DNA from: Octopus vulgaris | Taxonomy: Eukaryota | Reading direction: 5' to 3' | Assembly: GCA_951406725.2 (NCBI GenBank) | Contig: OX597824.1 | Location: forward strand, 99,138,001 to 99,202,000 | DNA: 64,000 nucleotides | Shown: one piece after another, positions 25,884 to 39,197 of the stretch | Position numbering within the stretch: position 1 is the first letter of the stretch | Layout: each line of letters opens with the position of its first letter | Translations under genes and position numbers: made by a program | The notes under the pieces: model-generated | The model's input: only the letters and a program-made list of their open reading frames with translations | Databases searched by the model: none | Told to the model about the DNA's origin: nothing

Positions 25884-26448
25884 ATCAGATAATTTTTCTG
25901 TTGTATCAACAACTGGTGAATGCATACAATAGCAATGTACTTTTTTATTTTGGTGGGGGAAGCAATTTGGTTGCTTTATTGACTGTTTCTCTGCTGTATG
26001 AATATCGTTAGCAAATGCTGAAAATAATATATAATTAATTGTTGTTAAATCTGGATTTGAAACTTATTTCCAAAAACTTTGATGCCATGGTTGTTAGAAC
26101 AAAGATCTTGTTACAAGAGATAAGACAGGTGTTGAACCAACTTTTATTTTTAATTTCTTGGTCTAGGAATATTTGAATGAAATTTTGGTGGGGATGAACC
26201 ATGTTTAAAAGCAACTCAAAGACCTTAATGAACTTCCTTTAACTATTTGGCAATAAATGGCCCTTCAAGTTTGTTTTTTTCAAAAGTTTAGGATCAATGA
26301 CTTGTGAAACTGGACTGAAATTATGTGAGGAATCTAATATGCTAGGCATTATTATCTTCATAAGAATTAGCAATATGGTTTTGATCAATTTCTTGCTAAG
26401 GAAATAGTCTGGATATAGTTTAGGAGGTTGTCAAGCAATAAAGACAAA

Positions 26449-27551
26449 GTGAATGCATTGAGTGGGTGGTTGGGTGAGTGAGTGCATGAATGGGGATTCT
26501 GAGTGGGAGAGTGAGTGAGTGTGTGAATGGGGATTCTGAGTGGGTGAATGAGTGAGTGCGTGAATGGGGATTCTGAGTGGGTGAATGAGTGAGTGGGAGA
26601 GTGAGTGAGTGCGTGAATGGGGATTCTGAGTGGGTGAATGAGTGAGTGGGAGAGTGAGTGAGTGCGTGAATGGGGATTCTGAGTGGGTGAATGAGTGAGT
26701 GGGAGAGTGAGTGAGTGTGTGAATGGGGATTCTGAGTGGGTGAATGAGTGAGTGCGTGAATGGGGATTCTGAGTGGGTGAATGAGTGAGTGGGAGAGTGA
26801 GTGAGTGTGTGAATGGGAATTCTGAGTGGGTGAATGAGTGAGTGGGAGAGTGAGTGAGTACGTGAATGGGGATTCTGAGTGGGTGAATGAGTGAGTGGGA
26901 GAGTGAGTGAGTGTGTGAATGGGGATTCTGAGTGGGTGAATGAGTGAGTGCGTGAATGGGGATTCTGAGTGGGTGAATGAGTGAGTGCGTGAATGGGGAT
27001 TCTGAGTGGGTGAATGAGTGAGTGGGAGAGTGAGTGAGTGTGTGAATGGGGATTCTGAGTGGGTGAATGAGTGAGTGGGAGAGTGAGTGAGTGTGTGAAT
27101 GGGGATTCTGAGTGGGTGAATGAGTGAGTGTGTGAATGGGGATTCTGAGTGGGTGAATGAGTGAGTGCGTGAATGGGGATTCTGAGTGGGTGAATGAGTG
27201 AGTGGGAGAGTGAGTGAGTGTGTGAATGGGAATTCTGAGTGGGTGAATGAGTGAGTGGGAGAGTGAGTGAGTGCGTGAATGGGGATTCTGAGTGGGTGAA
27301 TGAGTCAGTGGGAGAGTGAGTGAGTGTGTGAATGGGGATTCTGAGTGGGTGAATGAGTGAGTAGGAGAATGAGTGAGTGCGTGAATGGGGATTCTGAGTG
27401 GGTGAATGAGTCAGTGGGAGAGTGAGTGAGTGTGTGAATGGGGATTCTGAGTGGGTGAATGAGTGAGTGGGAGAATGAGTGAGTGCGTGAATGGGGATTC
27501 TGAGTGGGTGAATGAGTGAGTGGGAGAGTGAGTGAGTGCATGAATGGGAGT
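26449..27551. repeat. G-rich minisatellite of 22 full units (53 bp and 37 bp variants)
   Basis: Unit GAATGGGGATTCTGAGTGGGTGAATGAGTGAGTGGGAGAGTGAGTGAGTGYGT. Unit starts run from 26488 to 27489, with a partial unit at 27542. Confidence 0.97.
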
Positions 27552-29189
27552 AGAAAAAGTAAAACAGAGATGAGGCAAGTTTCTTAGGCAACAATGAGGA
27601 ACAGCCTAAAACTCTAATCAGATACTTAAAAGTAACCCCCATTCTTCTTAGTTTGACAGAAACCAGGTCCTGGCTTTTAATCAACAATTTAAGAAATCTT
27701 AGCTTCATTATTAAATTTCACTATCCTGCAGCTTCATTCAAGAAACCAGACAAATACACAAACAGCTTTTTTCATTGTCATTATTCAACAAGACTGGCAG
27801 CAAAGTCCAAGATTCTCCTTGTGGACTCAGACTGGAAATTTTGTCAAAAATTTCTCCAAGTTCAAAGAAAACCTAAATAAATTATTTTAAGATTATATTT
27901 TATAAACTGTGTTACTTCAAGAGTGTGTAACCCAGATTAATTGTATGTCACCATTGTGGAACAGAATTTGGTATATTAACGAATGGGGTAGGAGAGGTTT
28001 CAAAGTTATTGGCACATGCATAGGAATGCAGAAAGTTCAGCTTTGTCTGAAATTCCTTCCATGGAACCCATCATTACCAAAATTGGGATATAGATTGATT
28101 ATACTTATGTGAAAGTTAATGAAGCATTGATATTGTCCCCAAAGGATGAAAGGCAAAGCTGACATCAGCAGAATTTGAACTCAGAATGTAGAGACAATTG
28201 AAATGCTGAGCATCTCGCCCACCATGCCATCTTCTCCTCTTAACATCAACAATTTATATTAATGTTTGTTTTCATGTAAAATTACACATAAAAATAATTT
28301 AACATTAAACTGAAGAATTGCTCAATACATTCTTTTATGAGAAGTGGGGTGACAGTGATTTTGAAGTTTAGACTTGTTAGCCTTCATCAGACTGAAGGTT
28401 AGCAGGCTGAAGCTTTGAAGTCATCATCAACCTTCTTATAAAAGTATCATTACATATACATGTGTGTGTGTGTGTATGCGTCATGACATTGTACGATAGT
28501 TGTAAACAAGTGTCACCATCTTGTAAAGTGTGTTTATTTGCAGTCTTCTGTGAAAACTTGTCTGGCAATGGAGAAATATCACTTTGCTTGGAAACAGTTG
28601 AAGGTTGTGACAAGAAGGGCATCCATTTGTAGAAAACCTGCCTCAATGAATTGGTTGCCCCTTAAAATGATATATATGGTCGCCAAGAGTAAATGAAAGG
28701 CTAATGAAAGCCATTCATGTCATGTACAGGGGTGCTTTAAGCAAGCTGTGAGTTAGCAACGAGTAGAACAACACATTTGGTGTGCAGTCATGGGTTTACC
28801 AGTTCTTGGTTCTCAGGTGGCTTGTATCCAATCATATTCCTCCTGACAATAACAGAGACCAGAATGCTAATCCCTTCAGGAAAATGGCTGTTTGATATGG
28901 AGAAAAGGTGTTGGTAGAAATTCCATAGACTGTACCAGAAGTACTGGTCGTCCAACTTACTGGATCCTGTTGCATCATCCAACTCATGTGAAGTTATGAT
29001 CACACACACACACACACACACACAATGGTGTAATGCTGAAAAAGCAAAGTGGTGGAACATATTTTGAAGTATTGTTGAGATGGTGGGATGTGTGAATGCC
29101 AACATATGCCAACTTAGACATGGCATAACTAAAAGTCCAACTGTATGAACAAGCCAAAACAAAGTATGGCATCAACTTTCAAATATATC

Positions 29190-29900
29190 TGGTGGAAAAT
29201 TGGAAATGATACTTAGATGACTACCTCATTCTGTGAACATCTAGATGAACTCAATAATTTAAAATCTCTACTCAGTAACATCAATAACAAAATTCACTTC
29301 ACAATGGAATGTAGCCAAAACCAACTACCCTTCCTAGACGTTTTGATGTTAAAGAATGTCACGAACTTAGGAAATGACATCCACTACAAACCAATGGACA
29401 CTAAACAGTACCTGCTGTTTATTTCATGCTTCCCAAAACATATCAGAACAAATATTCCATTTAACTTAACCAGAAGACTCTGAACAATTGTCTCCAATCC
29501 TGAAATTCAGAATAAAAGACTCCTAGAATTAAAACAGGCACTACTTGAAAAAAGTAGCCATCTACTCTAATAGAAAAAGAAACAGAAGGCACCAAAGCAA
29601 AATACTTTGAAGAATTATGAAAAGCCAAAAACGGTTCAAATACACCCCAAAACACTATCTTTAATTACAACACACAACCCAAGAAACACTGAAATATTCA
29701 ACATTATCCATCAGAAAATATTATTATTGAGCCAAGACCCATGAATGAAAAAGCACCTGAATCATACAAAATAATCAAATGCAAAAGACAACCAATATCC
29801 CTAAAAAAACCTACTTACCTGTGCAAAACCACCAACTGCAGACTCAATTCCAACAGGTAAAAACTGTGGCTGCTCTAATTGCATAACTTGTACCAACTTT
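29190..29900 (+). mobile_element. Penelope-like element RT C-terminus/thumb fragment
   Basis: IHFTMECSQNQLPFLDV...YKPMDTKQYLLFISCFPKHIRTNIPFNLTRR, followed by a Cys-rich linker (CGCSNCITC). Confidence 0.85.
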
Positions 29901-31714
29901 ATTCTGCAAGTTTTACTGCATATCCTGACACCAACGAAGGGTGTCTCAGCATGCACATGCTCAGATGAGTTGTCATCATGTATGCTAGTGAAACCATCAC
30001 TGGAACCCTAACTACTTTAGGTCAGAGTGAGTCGTGGCAACAATAGTAGCCAAGAAGTGGTTCCACACCACTCAGAACCCTGCGACTCCTGAATCAGAGC
30101 ACCAAACCCTGGGGATAGGAACTCAGAGAGTGGTTCTCATGTTATACAGGCACATATCACTATAATCCAATGACGTACAGATGTCTCTTTATGGTGACCT
30201 CATTTATTCTCCCATTTACTGAAAGTCTATGGGTGATGGATGAGTGGTGACACGTGTAGACCTAACCAGTTGGAAGTGCACAGCAAGTTAAAAACGTTTG
30301 TCTCTCAGCTGTGCTTGAAACCATTCAGACTGCAGCAGGACCGAATAGTCTTCCAAGAAGTCATGGATGGAACCTCAAAAATGCCATTGATAATGAGGAA
30401 ATACAAGGAGACAGCAATCGTTCGTGAAGATGGAACATTTGCCATGTTTGTGTACACGTATGCATATATATATATGTATATTTTTTGATATATACACATG
30501 TTGTGTGTATGTACACACGTGTGTGTGTGGTTGTCCTTATCTTTACACTAGAGAAGCTCCAGGCCAAAAAAAAAAAGCCTAATGTTTTATAAATAGAACG
30601 ATAAGAATATAAGAGTAGCTTTTTAGAAAGAGTAGGGTGATTATGAAGGAAGGCGAGAGTGAAAGTAGATGGATGCTGAAAAGAGAAGTGTGTCTGAGTT
30701 TGTAGATCTCAGTATGTAGAGACTGATAAATAAATGCCCCTGGCCATTTTTTCCCCTGCCCCACCATCCTGACTTAGACTCAAGGCCAATCATTTTGATT
30801 ATACTGACCCCCACCCCCATATTTGATTTGACTGGTACTTTATTTGCAACCCTGGGGAAGTGATGGCAAAGTTGTACTCAGCAGGATTTGAACTCAGAAT
30901 GTATGACTGAAAGGAAACAGCAGAGGACGTCTTACCCAATGCCTTACCAATTCTGTCAATCCTAATAATAAATGATCCTAATGAAATACCGATTCGTCTC
31001 CATATATATTTATCAAATATCTATAAAACCAGAATAATTATACTTCAATATGTATGAAGTTCGTCTTTTTTTTTACATGAGAGTCGACACCTACAAGCTT
31101 AAATACAAGTCTAACACAGAGTTATCCAAAATAATACTTTCTAATTTTCACGCAAGGCCAGCAATTTTTTTGGGGGGTGGGGTGTTAGGCAATTATAGTA
31201 CTCCCCAGTGCTCAACTGGTACTTATTTTATTGATCTTGAAAGGATGAAAGGCAAAATGGACCTTTTGGATAGCAAAAGGCCCCCTGTTGGATAGACACA
31301 CATGCACACACACAGAGTGATGATGAACAAAGTAAAGAGTACTTAATGCCAGGAGATGGAGTATAAATTATTATTTATTGTGAAAATTACAGCCATGTTG
31401 CCATACTGATACTCAGGGTTTCTTACAAGTTGAGTGAGCCAACTCTTATTTTACATTCAATCAGATCCGACTACAAACCAAGATTTGGCTGGATATCAAA
31501 ATGGCTGATGAAAGCACAGATCTCGAATGGGACAGGATGTTAACATTTTACTCTTTTTTCTTTTCAAAATAAAGTTTCATAGCTCACAAGGAACAGCATT
31601 CGGTGAGAGTTTTATTGTTTTATTTCCCCCCCCCCTATTTGCCCTCAACTGAATTGCAAACACCATTAAAGGCAACTTTAGAATCACATGCACAGCAATT
31701 CTACAATTAATAAC

Positions 31715-31753
<39 letters not shown>

Positions 31754-31977
31754 ACACACACTATAATTGCAACACTTACACAATAAATGCAGAGAAGTGC
31801 AAACACAATTAACAGCTGCACAATTAACAACAGAAAAATGGCCTTGTGTTGAAGTGCTATGGACTTCTTTTTCATTTTTTTTTAAAGTCCATTTTTCCCA
31901 TTTCCTCATGGGGTGGACAGAGAGAGAGAGAGAGAGAGCGAGAGTGAAAGAGAAAAAGGATGAGAAAAATGTTCAAA

Positions 31978-32148
31978 GGCGCAGGAGTGGCTGTGTGGTA
32001 AGTAGCTTGCTAACCAACCACATGGTTCCGGGTTCAGTCCCACTGCATGGCATCTTGGGCAAGTGTCTTCTGCTATAGCCCTGGGCCGACCAATGCCTTG
32101 TGAGTGGATTTGGTAGACGGAAACTGAAAGAAGCCTATCGTATATATG

Positions 32149-32199
<51 letters not shown>

Positions 32200-32400
32200 T
32201 TGTGTGTATGTTTGTCCCCCTAGCATTGCTTGACAACCGATGCTGGTGTGTTTACGTCCCCGTCACTTAGCGGTTCGGCAAAAGAGACCGATAGAATAAG
32301 TACTGGGCTTACAAAGAATAAGTCCCGGGGTCGATTTGCTCGACTAAAGGCGGTGCTCCAGCATGGCCACAGTCAAATGACTGAAACAAGTAAAAGAGAA
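31978..32400 (+). mobile_element. Full-length CORE-type tRNA SINE with internal microsatellite
   Basis: A box TGGCTGTGTGG, B box GGTTCAGTCCC, CORE-like CTTGGGCAAGTG and tail GACTGAAACAAGTAAAAGA. Partial copies lie at 1190, 11605, 12823(-), 37625, 53640 and 61865(-). Confidence 0.8.
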
Positions 32401-32544
32401 AGAGAGAGGCTTAATGTCAAGTATGTCAATATTTAATGTTAATGGCTCATCCCTGTTATATAATACTTTCACTTTAATAGTTTCACACTTGCAAAGAGAA
32501 AGTAGGAGAAAGTGTGGTGGTAATAGCAGGAGTAAACCACTTGA

Positions 32545-32755
32545 AATGAGAGAGGCAAATCGGAAAATATTGAGTTTTCTCGAATTTTTGCTTAATTGGG
32601 GGTCAAATTGAAAAAACTTTATATGCCATGACCCAATCGAATCTACTTCGAAAAATCATAGGTAAATTCCAATTGAAGAAATTCTATATTGTAGAATTGT
32701 ATTAAAAAGGAACATGGGAACAGGCAGAGAAAATCTGCCTTTTATCATAAGAGAT
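32545..32755 (-). mobile_element. Helitron-like 5' terminal fragment
   Basis: The minus strand begins A|TCTCTTATGATAAAAGGCAG, resembling the 5' end of the Helitron at 45033. Confidence 0.45.
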
Positions 32756-34934
32756 CACATGCTAATTTGAAACAGGAAAGCTGTAGCAAATCTGTCTCAT
32801 AAAATTTTTCTTGATTCATGAAGGCACAGAAAAGTAGATGTGAAAACGACTGGTGGTAATGATGATGGTGATGATGATATACATTAATGTGTGGGTTTTA
32901 TGTATAATCATACATAAAAGCATTCAAACATTTATTGAAAAAGCAATACAATACATAGATGCAAAATATAGCATTTGTTTGTTTACAGAGAGAAGTTTGT
33001 CAGTAATTTTGATGTTTCACGACTGATATGTGTGTGTGTTTTGCTTGTAACAATTTGCCCCTATTGATCTGCCTGGCCTAAAGGCAATCAAATTTATTAA
33101 AAAGGGTTTTATTATGAGTTACTTTCAGGTAAACATCACTCATAGCAAATATCTAAAAAAATTGGATGTTTTATATGTGTAGATGACTCTGAGCAATTGT
33201 TGCTTGAATCAAAAACTGTCCACTCACACACACACACACACACACATACACACAGACATACACACACATGCACATACTCACACATACATATACACACACT
33301 CATATACATATTAATTCATAGTGTCTTGATTGCGTCCTTGTGTCTCTGAAGTTCCCTAAAACAAATCACTGAAGTGGAGTTGCTCTCTCCCTAGACCTAA
33401 AGGAATACAAATTTTTATTGAATTTTGGTAGGCATTACTGATAATCTCCATATGGTTTTTGTGGATATCCTCCAGTGTAATGAGTGTCAGGCTAATACCA
33501 CAGCTTTTGAAGAACAGAATTTCCTACGTGACTTGATTTTCATAGTGCAGACGGATTGCTTATATGGGGACTACGTGGATGTTGTGTGTGATGCTGTAAG
33601 TTACAGTTTCTTGGTTAGAATAGCTTACCTAAATGTTATGCATATTAAAAATATTGTGGTACTGATGTGTAGTTGGAAAGTTGTGCCTAACAGGAGATAG
33701 AGAGGAATGGAATGTGAATGAAACTAAGTCAGTGAACTACATAGTGAACTTCAATTATTTCACCAAGAGAGATTACTTTGATCTATTTTGATGTTGTCCA
33801 GTAATCATAACATTTACTACAAGCTCAAGATTGTAAACTGACTGATGTAAAAAATAAGTTTACAGTATAAATCTCTATCTGGGATATTCTTAATTTGTAA
33901 GAGAAGGAGTAGCACTAACCTTTTTAGGCTCTCCTTTCATGCTGGTAATTAACAATGTCACAAGGTTTAGGTGTTGATGTCTACTGCTGGCAAAGTATTT
34001 CTGGGAAGGAATGATATTGTGTTTCATGAAGTGATGGGGCTCGGAGATCTGAATGTATCTAATGAATGATTATATATTGGGTAATTAATTTAGTGGAGCA
34101 TAGACCATTGTAGTAGAGGATAGAAATGACATTGAGATGACACAGCAAACCTATGAACCAGTGATTCCTTCTTTGCCCTTTAGTTGAATGTGCTTCTTTT
34201 TGTGTGTGTGTATATGACTGATGTAATACTGTGTGTATAGATGATATATTGTGTCATATAGTTGGTAACTGATGTATAAAGCCGGAACACTGTCCATAAA
34301 TGATGCAGTATATTTCATATAGTATATATAGCTACACAACAATGTGTTATACTGGATGTATATAAATGGAGCACTGTACATCTTGTGCTCTGCATTATAT
34401 AACCTGTGACTGTTGTATGTAGTTACAACACTGCAACTGGTAACTGTTTCGTTAACTAGAAGTGGTCAATTCCATATGGTCCATTGTCCTGTCATTGTTG
34501 AGATTGGTCCCTCATCCACTTATTGGCTTGCTCCAGAGATCATTGAGGGGATGCGTCTTACTTTGTGGGCAACAGAATACATTTTTGAACCAAATATCTG
34601 ATTCAGTGTGTTTCAGTGAATTATTAAAATTGTCACCACTGTGAGACTATGTAAACACAAGGAACAAGACTAGACGCAACTTTAGTCAACCACCACTTGC
34701 TATACATCCCCTGCTGGCATCAAAACATACTTGAAAACTAGTGAACTATGCCAGGATGAAGAGGCTGATTTCAATCACATGTCATGGAGGCTTGTTAGGA
34801 TTTTATCAGACAGAAAAATGGAGACTGATGAGTCGTAGTCTTGATATCTATGTAATTGTGTATGTGTGTGTGTACATGTATGTATATGTGTGTAGTGGTA
34901 TGTGTATATAAGACTGTGAGAGTATATATGTATG

Positions 34935-34991
<57 letters not shown>

Positions 34992-35729
34992 CATATATGT
35001 AAATGTGTATATCTATGTGTATGTGTATATGCATATATATGTATGTATGTACAACAAGCTCTACTGTCTGTCTTGGTATGGTTTCTATAGCTGAGTGTCC
35101 TTCATTACACCACCTAAAAAACACCAAACACCCTTCATTAGACCAACCACTTTATAGAGGATATTTGGTGTTTTTTAGGTGGCACCAACACTAGTGAGGT
35201 CACCAAATGACAAGGCCCCTTAACTGAAGGTGGGGGTTGTACTGAGACACAGAAATAGGTGTTTTGCTGTAAATAAAACTCATATCTACAACAGGTGAGG
35301 GAGAGAGAGATAGATCAGGGGAAGATGTGACGTGGTGTACACACAGGGGAATTGTATATGGTGAAGCGGACTGGAGATTGAACAGGATAAGTAGGTGGGT
35401 GGGTAGGTGGTAAACTTCATGAGATTGTGAAAGGAGAGTGGATGATGGAGGGGTTGAGAATGTAGTGAGTGGAGATGGGTAGGAGGAGGGTGTATTGGAA
35501 GGATATGTTGTGGGAAAGAGATTTGACAGGAATATTGTATACAGGTGGTTTCATGAGGGGGAGAGGCAGATAGAGGGGAGGAGAATACAGGGGTGGGGAG
35601 CACAAGTTGGGAATTTAGGAGAGAGATTTGTCAGGGTCATATTGTGTGCAGAAGTGGGGTCTCGATTTTACTTGGCTGGACAGATTTCTTCAAGTGTAGC
35701 AAATTGCCAATTATGTCTCAGTTCTTCGT

Positions 35730-35965
35730 TATGACCTCAGGGAAGTCATTTTGCACCACTTCATCGACAACTTCCTTATGCAGCTGTCCTCCTCCATACC
35801 CATCACATAACCATACCAGTGCAGTTGTCTCTCTTGCACACTACATGTAACGCTTTGCATGCCCAATTTTTCTTTCAACACTTTGTCAATTATGCACACT
35901 GATATTGCACATTCAGCAGAGCATGTTGGCCTCATTTATTTTAAGCTTTCACACATCCTCTGCAT
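35730..35965 (-). mobile_element. RTE LINE C-terminal fragment
   Basis: LKEKLGMQSVTCSVQERQLHWYGYVMGMEEDSCIRK matches other RTE copies in the window. Confidence 0.8.
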
Positions 35966-36671
35966 CTATATGTATATATGTGTATCTGTGTGTATATTTA
36001 TGTGTGTATGTATGCACATGTGTCTCCATCTTCTCCACCCACTACTCCTGGGAGGGCAGTGGGGCTGGAGTCCTCAGGTACCTCCTTCATAGGGTCCCAT
36101 CACAAGCAACTGATTTTCTAGTTGGATTCCCTTGTGTGACCAATTGAGATTATGGACCTTATCCAACCATTTCATTCCTACCACTCAGTCTCCTGGTGCT
36201 TAGCACAGCTTCAAGAACACATCTTACAGTACTTTTCCATGAAATTCTTAGATGTCTGTAATATTGGAGCTATTACCTCTCAATGTGGAGAAATAAGAGC
36301 TTGACTTGGAGAGACTCCCTCAGCATTACTGCAGATATCCTTCAGAGGAAGTCCAATTTGGCTATGTTTCTGTGTGTGTGTGTGTATACACATATATACA
36401 TATGCATAAATTTAAAATAATAAGGGTGAAAAATTGATTATTAATTTGATTAATATCAATTTAAAACCAGTGGTTTAGCATATTGAAAAATCTGAAGTTT
36501 CAGAAAAATTTATATTACATATAAGAGGGATGGCCTGTAAGTGGACATACATTATGTTAGAAGAAGATCCGCTATGGTCTTACCACTAAGAAAGGAATGT
36601 TCTCAAGAAAATCTAGCAAACGGCAGAACGTAAGCGAGCAAGACAAACGAAAGGATACAAAATATAGATTA

Positions 36672-36737
36672 ATCACAAACCTGGTTTCATTGTTATTGCT
36701 TACGTATTCATTTATGTAATTGTCTGCAACTCATCAG

Positions 36738-36740
<3 letters not shown>
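36672..36740 (-). ncRNA. Hammerhead-like core at the edge of a PLE-type tail (36410-36740)
   Basis: Minus strand reads CTGATGA-GTTG...CAAT-GAAAC-CAG-GTT-TGTGA. The 5' strand of stem I is replaced by (TA)n. Confidence 0.45.
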
Positions 36741-37062
<322 letters not shown>

Positions 37063-37109
37063 AGGAGAGCATTGTAATTTGCTTGAAGCAATATGTATTG
37101 TTTGTAAAC

Positions 37110-37352
37110 AATAAAAAGTTTTGAATAGTACAACAATGCACTATAATACAGACAATGGTCTGTGTATACCTGTTGTAATTTAACCATCAATAGTCTGATA
37201 TGATATTTCGGAATAATATTCCTTCTTCAGATATTCTTAGATGGAGTTGCAGCTATAATCAGTTTTCAGACTATGGACGACTAAATTATAACAGGTATAT
37301 AGCCCCTTGTCTGTATTATAGTGCACTGTTGTACCATTCAAACCTTTTTATT
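37110..37352. repeat. Inverted repeat (~90-bp arms) with a hammerhead-like core in the spacer
   Basis: TAAAAAG..TTTGAATAGTACAACAATGCACTATAATA..CAGACAA..TATACCTGTTGTAATTTA..ATAGTCTGA is mirrored at 37266-37352. The spacer reads CTGAAGA-AGGAAT..ATTCC-GAAA on the minus strand. Confidence 0.75.
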
Positions 37353-37994
37353 CATTATATATATATATATATTGGCCTGCTTGCTTAGCCAGCAGGGTGG
37401 CGTGATTTGAAGGCTAAAACAATGCGAAGCGCATTTTGTGACCAGCGATGTGCAGCAACATCTGATAGCCTGGTCGGTCACTGTAAATATATTTGCAGAG
37501 GCTTGGCAAGTATCATCACTAGCGGGGACTCACTACCCTGGACTGATGACAGGCAAGACCCAGAAACATGCATATCTTCAGATTGCTAGTCCTAGCTGGT
37601 TGTGTGCTTGCCTCCCATTTGCAAGCGGGCATGGCTGTGTGGTTAGGGAGCTTGCTTCCTAGCTATATGGTTTCGGGTTCAGTCCCACTGCGTGGCACTT
37701 TGGGTAGGTGTCTTTCACTATAGCCCCGAGCTGACCGGAGCTTTGTGATTGAATTCGGTAGGTGGAAGTTACTGCCGTGTGTGTATATGTGCGTGTAGGT
37801 GCTTGTGCCTCTCCGAAAGAGAGAGAGGGAAAGACACAGGAAATGTGTCAAAGCTGACAGGAAGCATCGATGCTTCCTAGGGCTATAGAGCAGTGGTGTA
37901 ATTCCCTTTACGGGACCGTCATGTTATGTTGACATTATACAACCACTCTATCTATATATATAGGCATAGATATATACATAGATATATACATGCA

Positions 37995-38056
<62 letters not shown>

Positions 38057-38129
38057 GATATATATATACATAGATATATATATTTATATATATATATACA
38101 TAGATATATATATACATATATATATATAT

Positions 38130-38987
38130 AAGAAGCATCAGTTGTTGTGTGCAAGAGAGACGATTGCGCTGGTATGGTCATGTGGCGAGAATGGATGAAG
38201 ATAGGTGTGTGAGAAAGTGCCAATCCCTAGCAGTTGAGGGAACCCGTGGAAGAGGTAGACCCAGGAAAACCTGGGACGAGGTGGTGAAGCACGACCTTCG
38301 AACGTTAGGTCTCACCATGGAAATGACTAGAGACCGAGACCTATGGAAGTATGCTGTGCGTGAGAAGACCCGGCAAGACTAATGAAGCCATAACCCATGG
38401 CCACTACCTGGGACGTAGTCAGTCCACCTGTGCATACCTTCCTGCTTGTGATACTTGTGAAGACCTGTTAGGCAAGTGAAAGTCAAGTCAAATCGAATCA
38501 AATCAATAGATGAACATCAATGGAATTTGTATCCTTGTGGTACCAGTGCCGTTGGCACATAAGAAAACCATCTGAACGGGACCGTAGCCAGTACCGCATC
38601 GACTGGCCCCGTGCTGTGGGCACGTAACAAACACCATCCGATCGTAGCCGTTCGCCAGCCTCGTCTGGCACCTGTGTCGGTGGCACATAAAAAACACCAT
38701 CCGAGTGTGACCGTCTGCCAGCCTCGTCTGGCACCTGTGTCGGTGGCACATAAAAAACACCATTCGAGCGTGACCGTCTGCCAGCCTCGTCTGGCACCTG
38801 TGTCGGTGGCACATAAAATCACCCACTACACTCTCGGAGTGGTTGGCGTTAGGAAGGGCATCCAGCTGTAGAAACACTGCCAGATCTGACTGGCCTGGTG
38901 CAGCCTTCGGGCTTGCCAGACCCCAGTTGAACCGTCCAACCCATGCTAGCATGGAAAGCGTACGTTAAAAGATGATGATGATGATGA

Positions 38988-38990
<3 letters not shown>
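38130..38990 (+). mobile_element. Young 5'-truncated RTE insertion in (TA)n
   Basis: Intact C-terminus [23 protein letters not shown]...RGRGRPRKTWDEVVKHDL...REKTRQD*, then a 63-bp repeat array and (GAT)n tail. CpGs are retained. Confidence 0.92.
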
Positions 38991-39032
<42 letters not shown>

Positions 39033-39127
39033 AATACAAAATGGGACAAGAACGCAAAAAAGCGACGACACAAAAAACCGACGGGTCATTCGAAGCCTCT
39101 AATCTTCAGTCAAGAACCAGATCATAC

Positions 39128-39176
<49 letters not shown>

Positions 39177-39197
39177 GATATATACATATATATATAT

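Noticed and set aside
26431-27708. 425-aa His/Thr/Ser/Pro-rich ORF
   Set aside because: It is a translation of the C-rich strand of the minisatellite. Unit lengths of 53 and 37 are not multiples of 3, so the frame cycles.
33330-34130. Possible decayed PLE GIY-YIG region on the minus strand
   Set aside because: One weak motif (FCSSKAVV) only.
38540-38830. CRISPR-like repeat-spacer array (also 50130-50400 and 62610-62860)
   Set aside because: The context is eukaryotic, no cas genes are present, the linkers are homologous to each other, and the array sits in an RTE 3' UTR.
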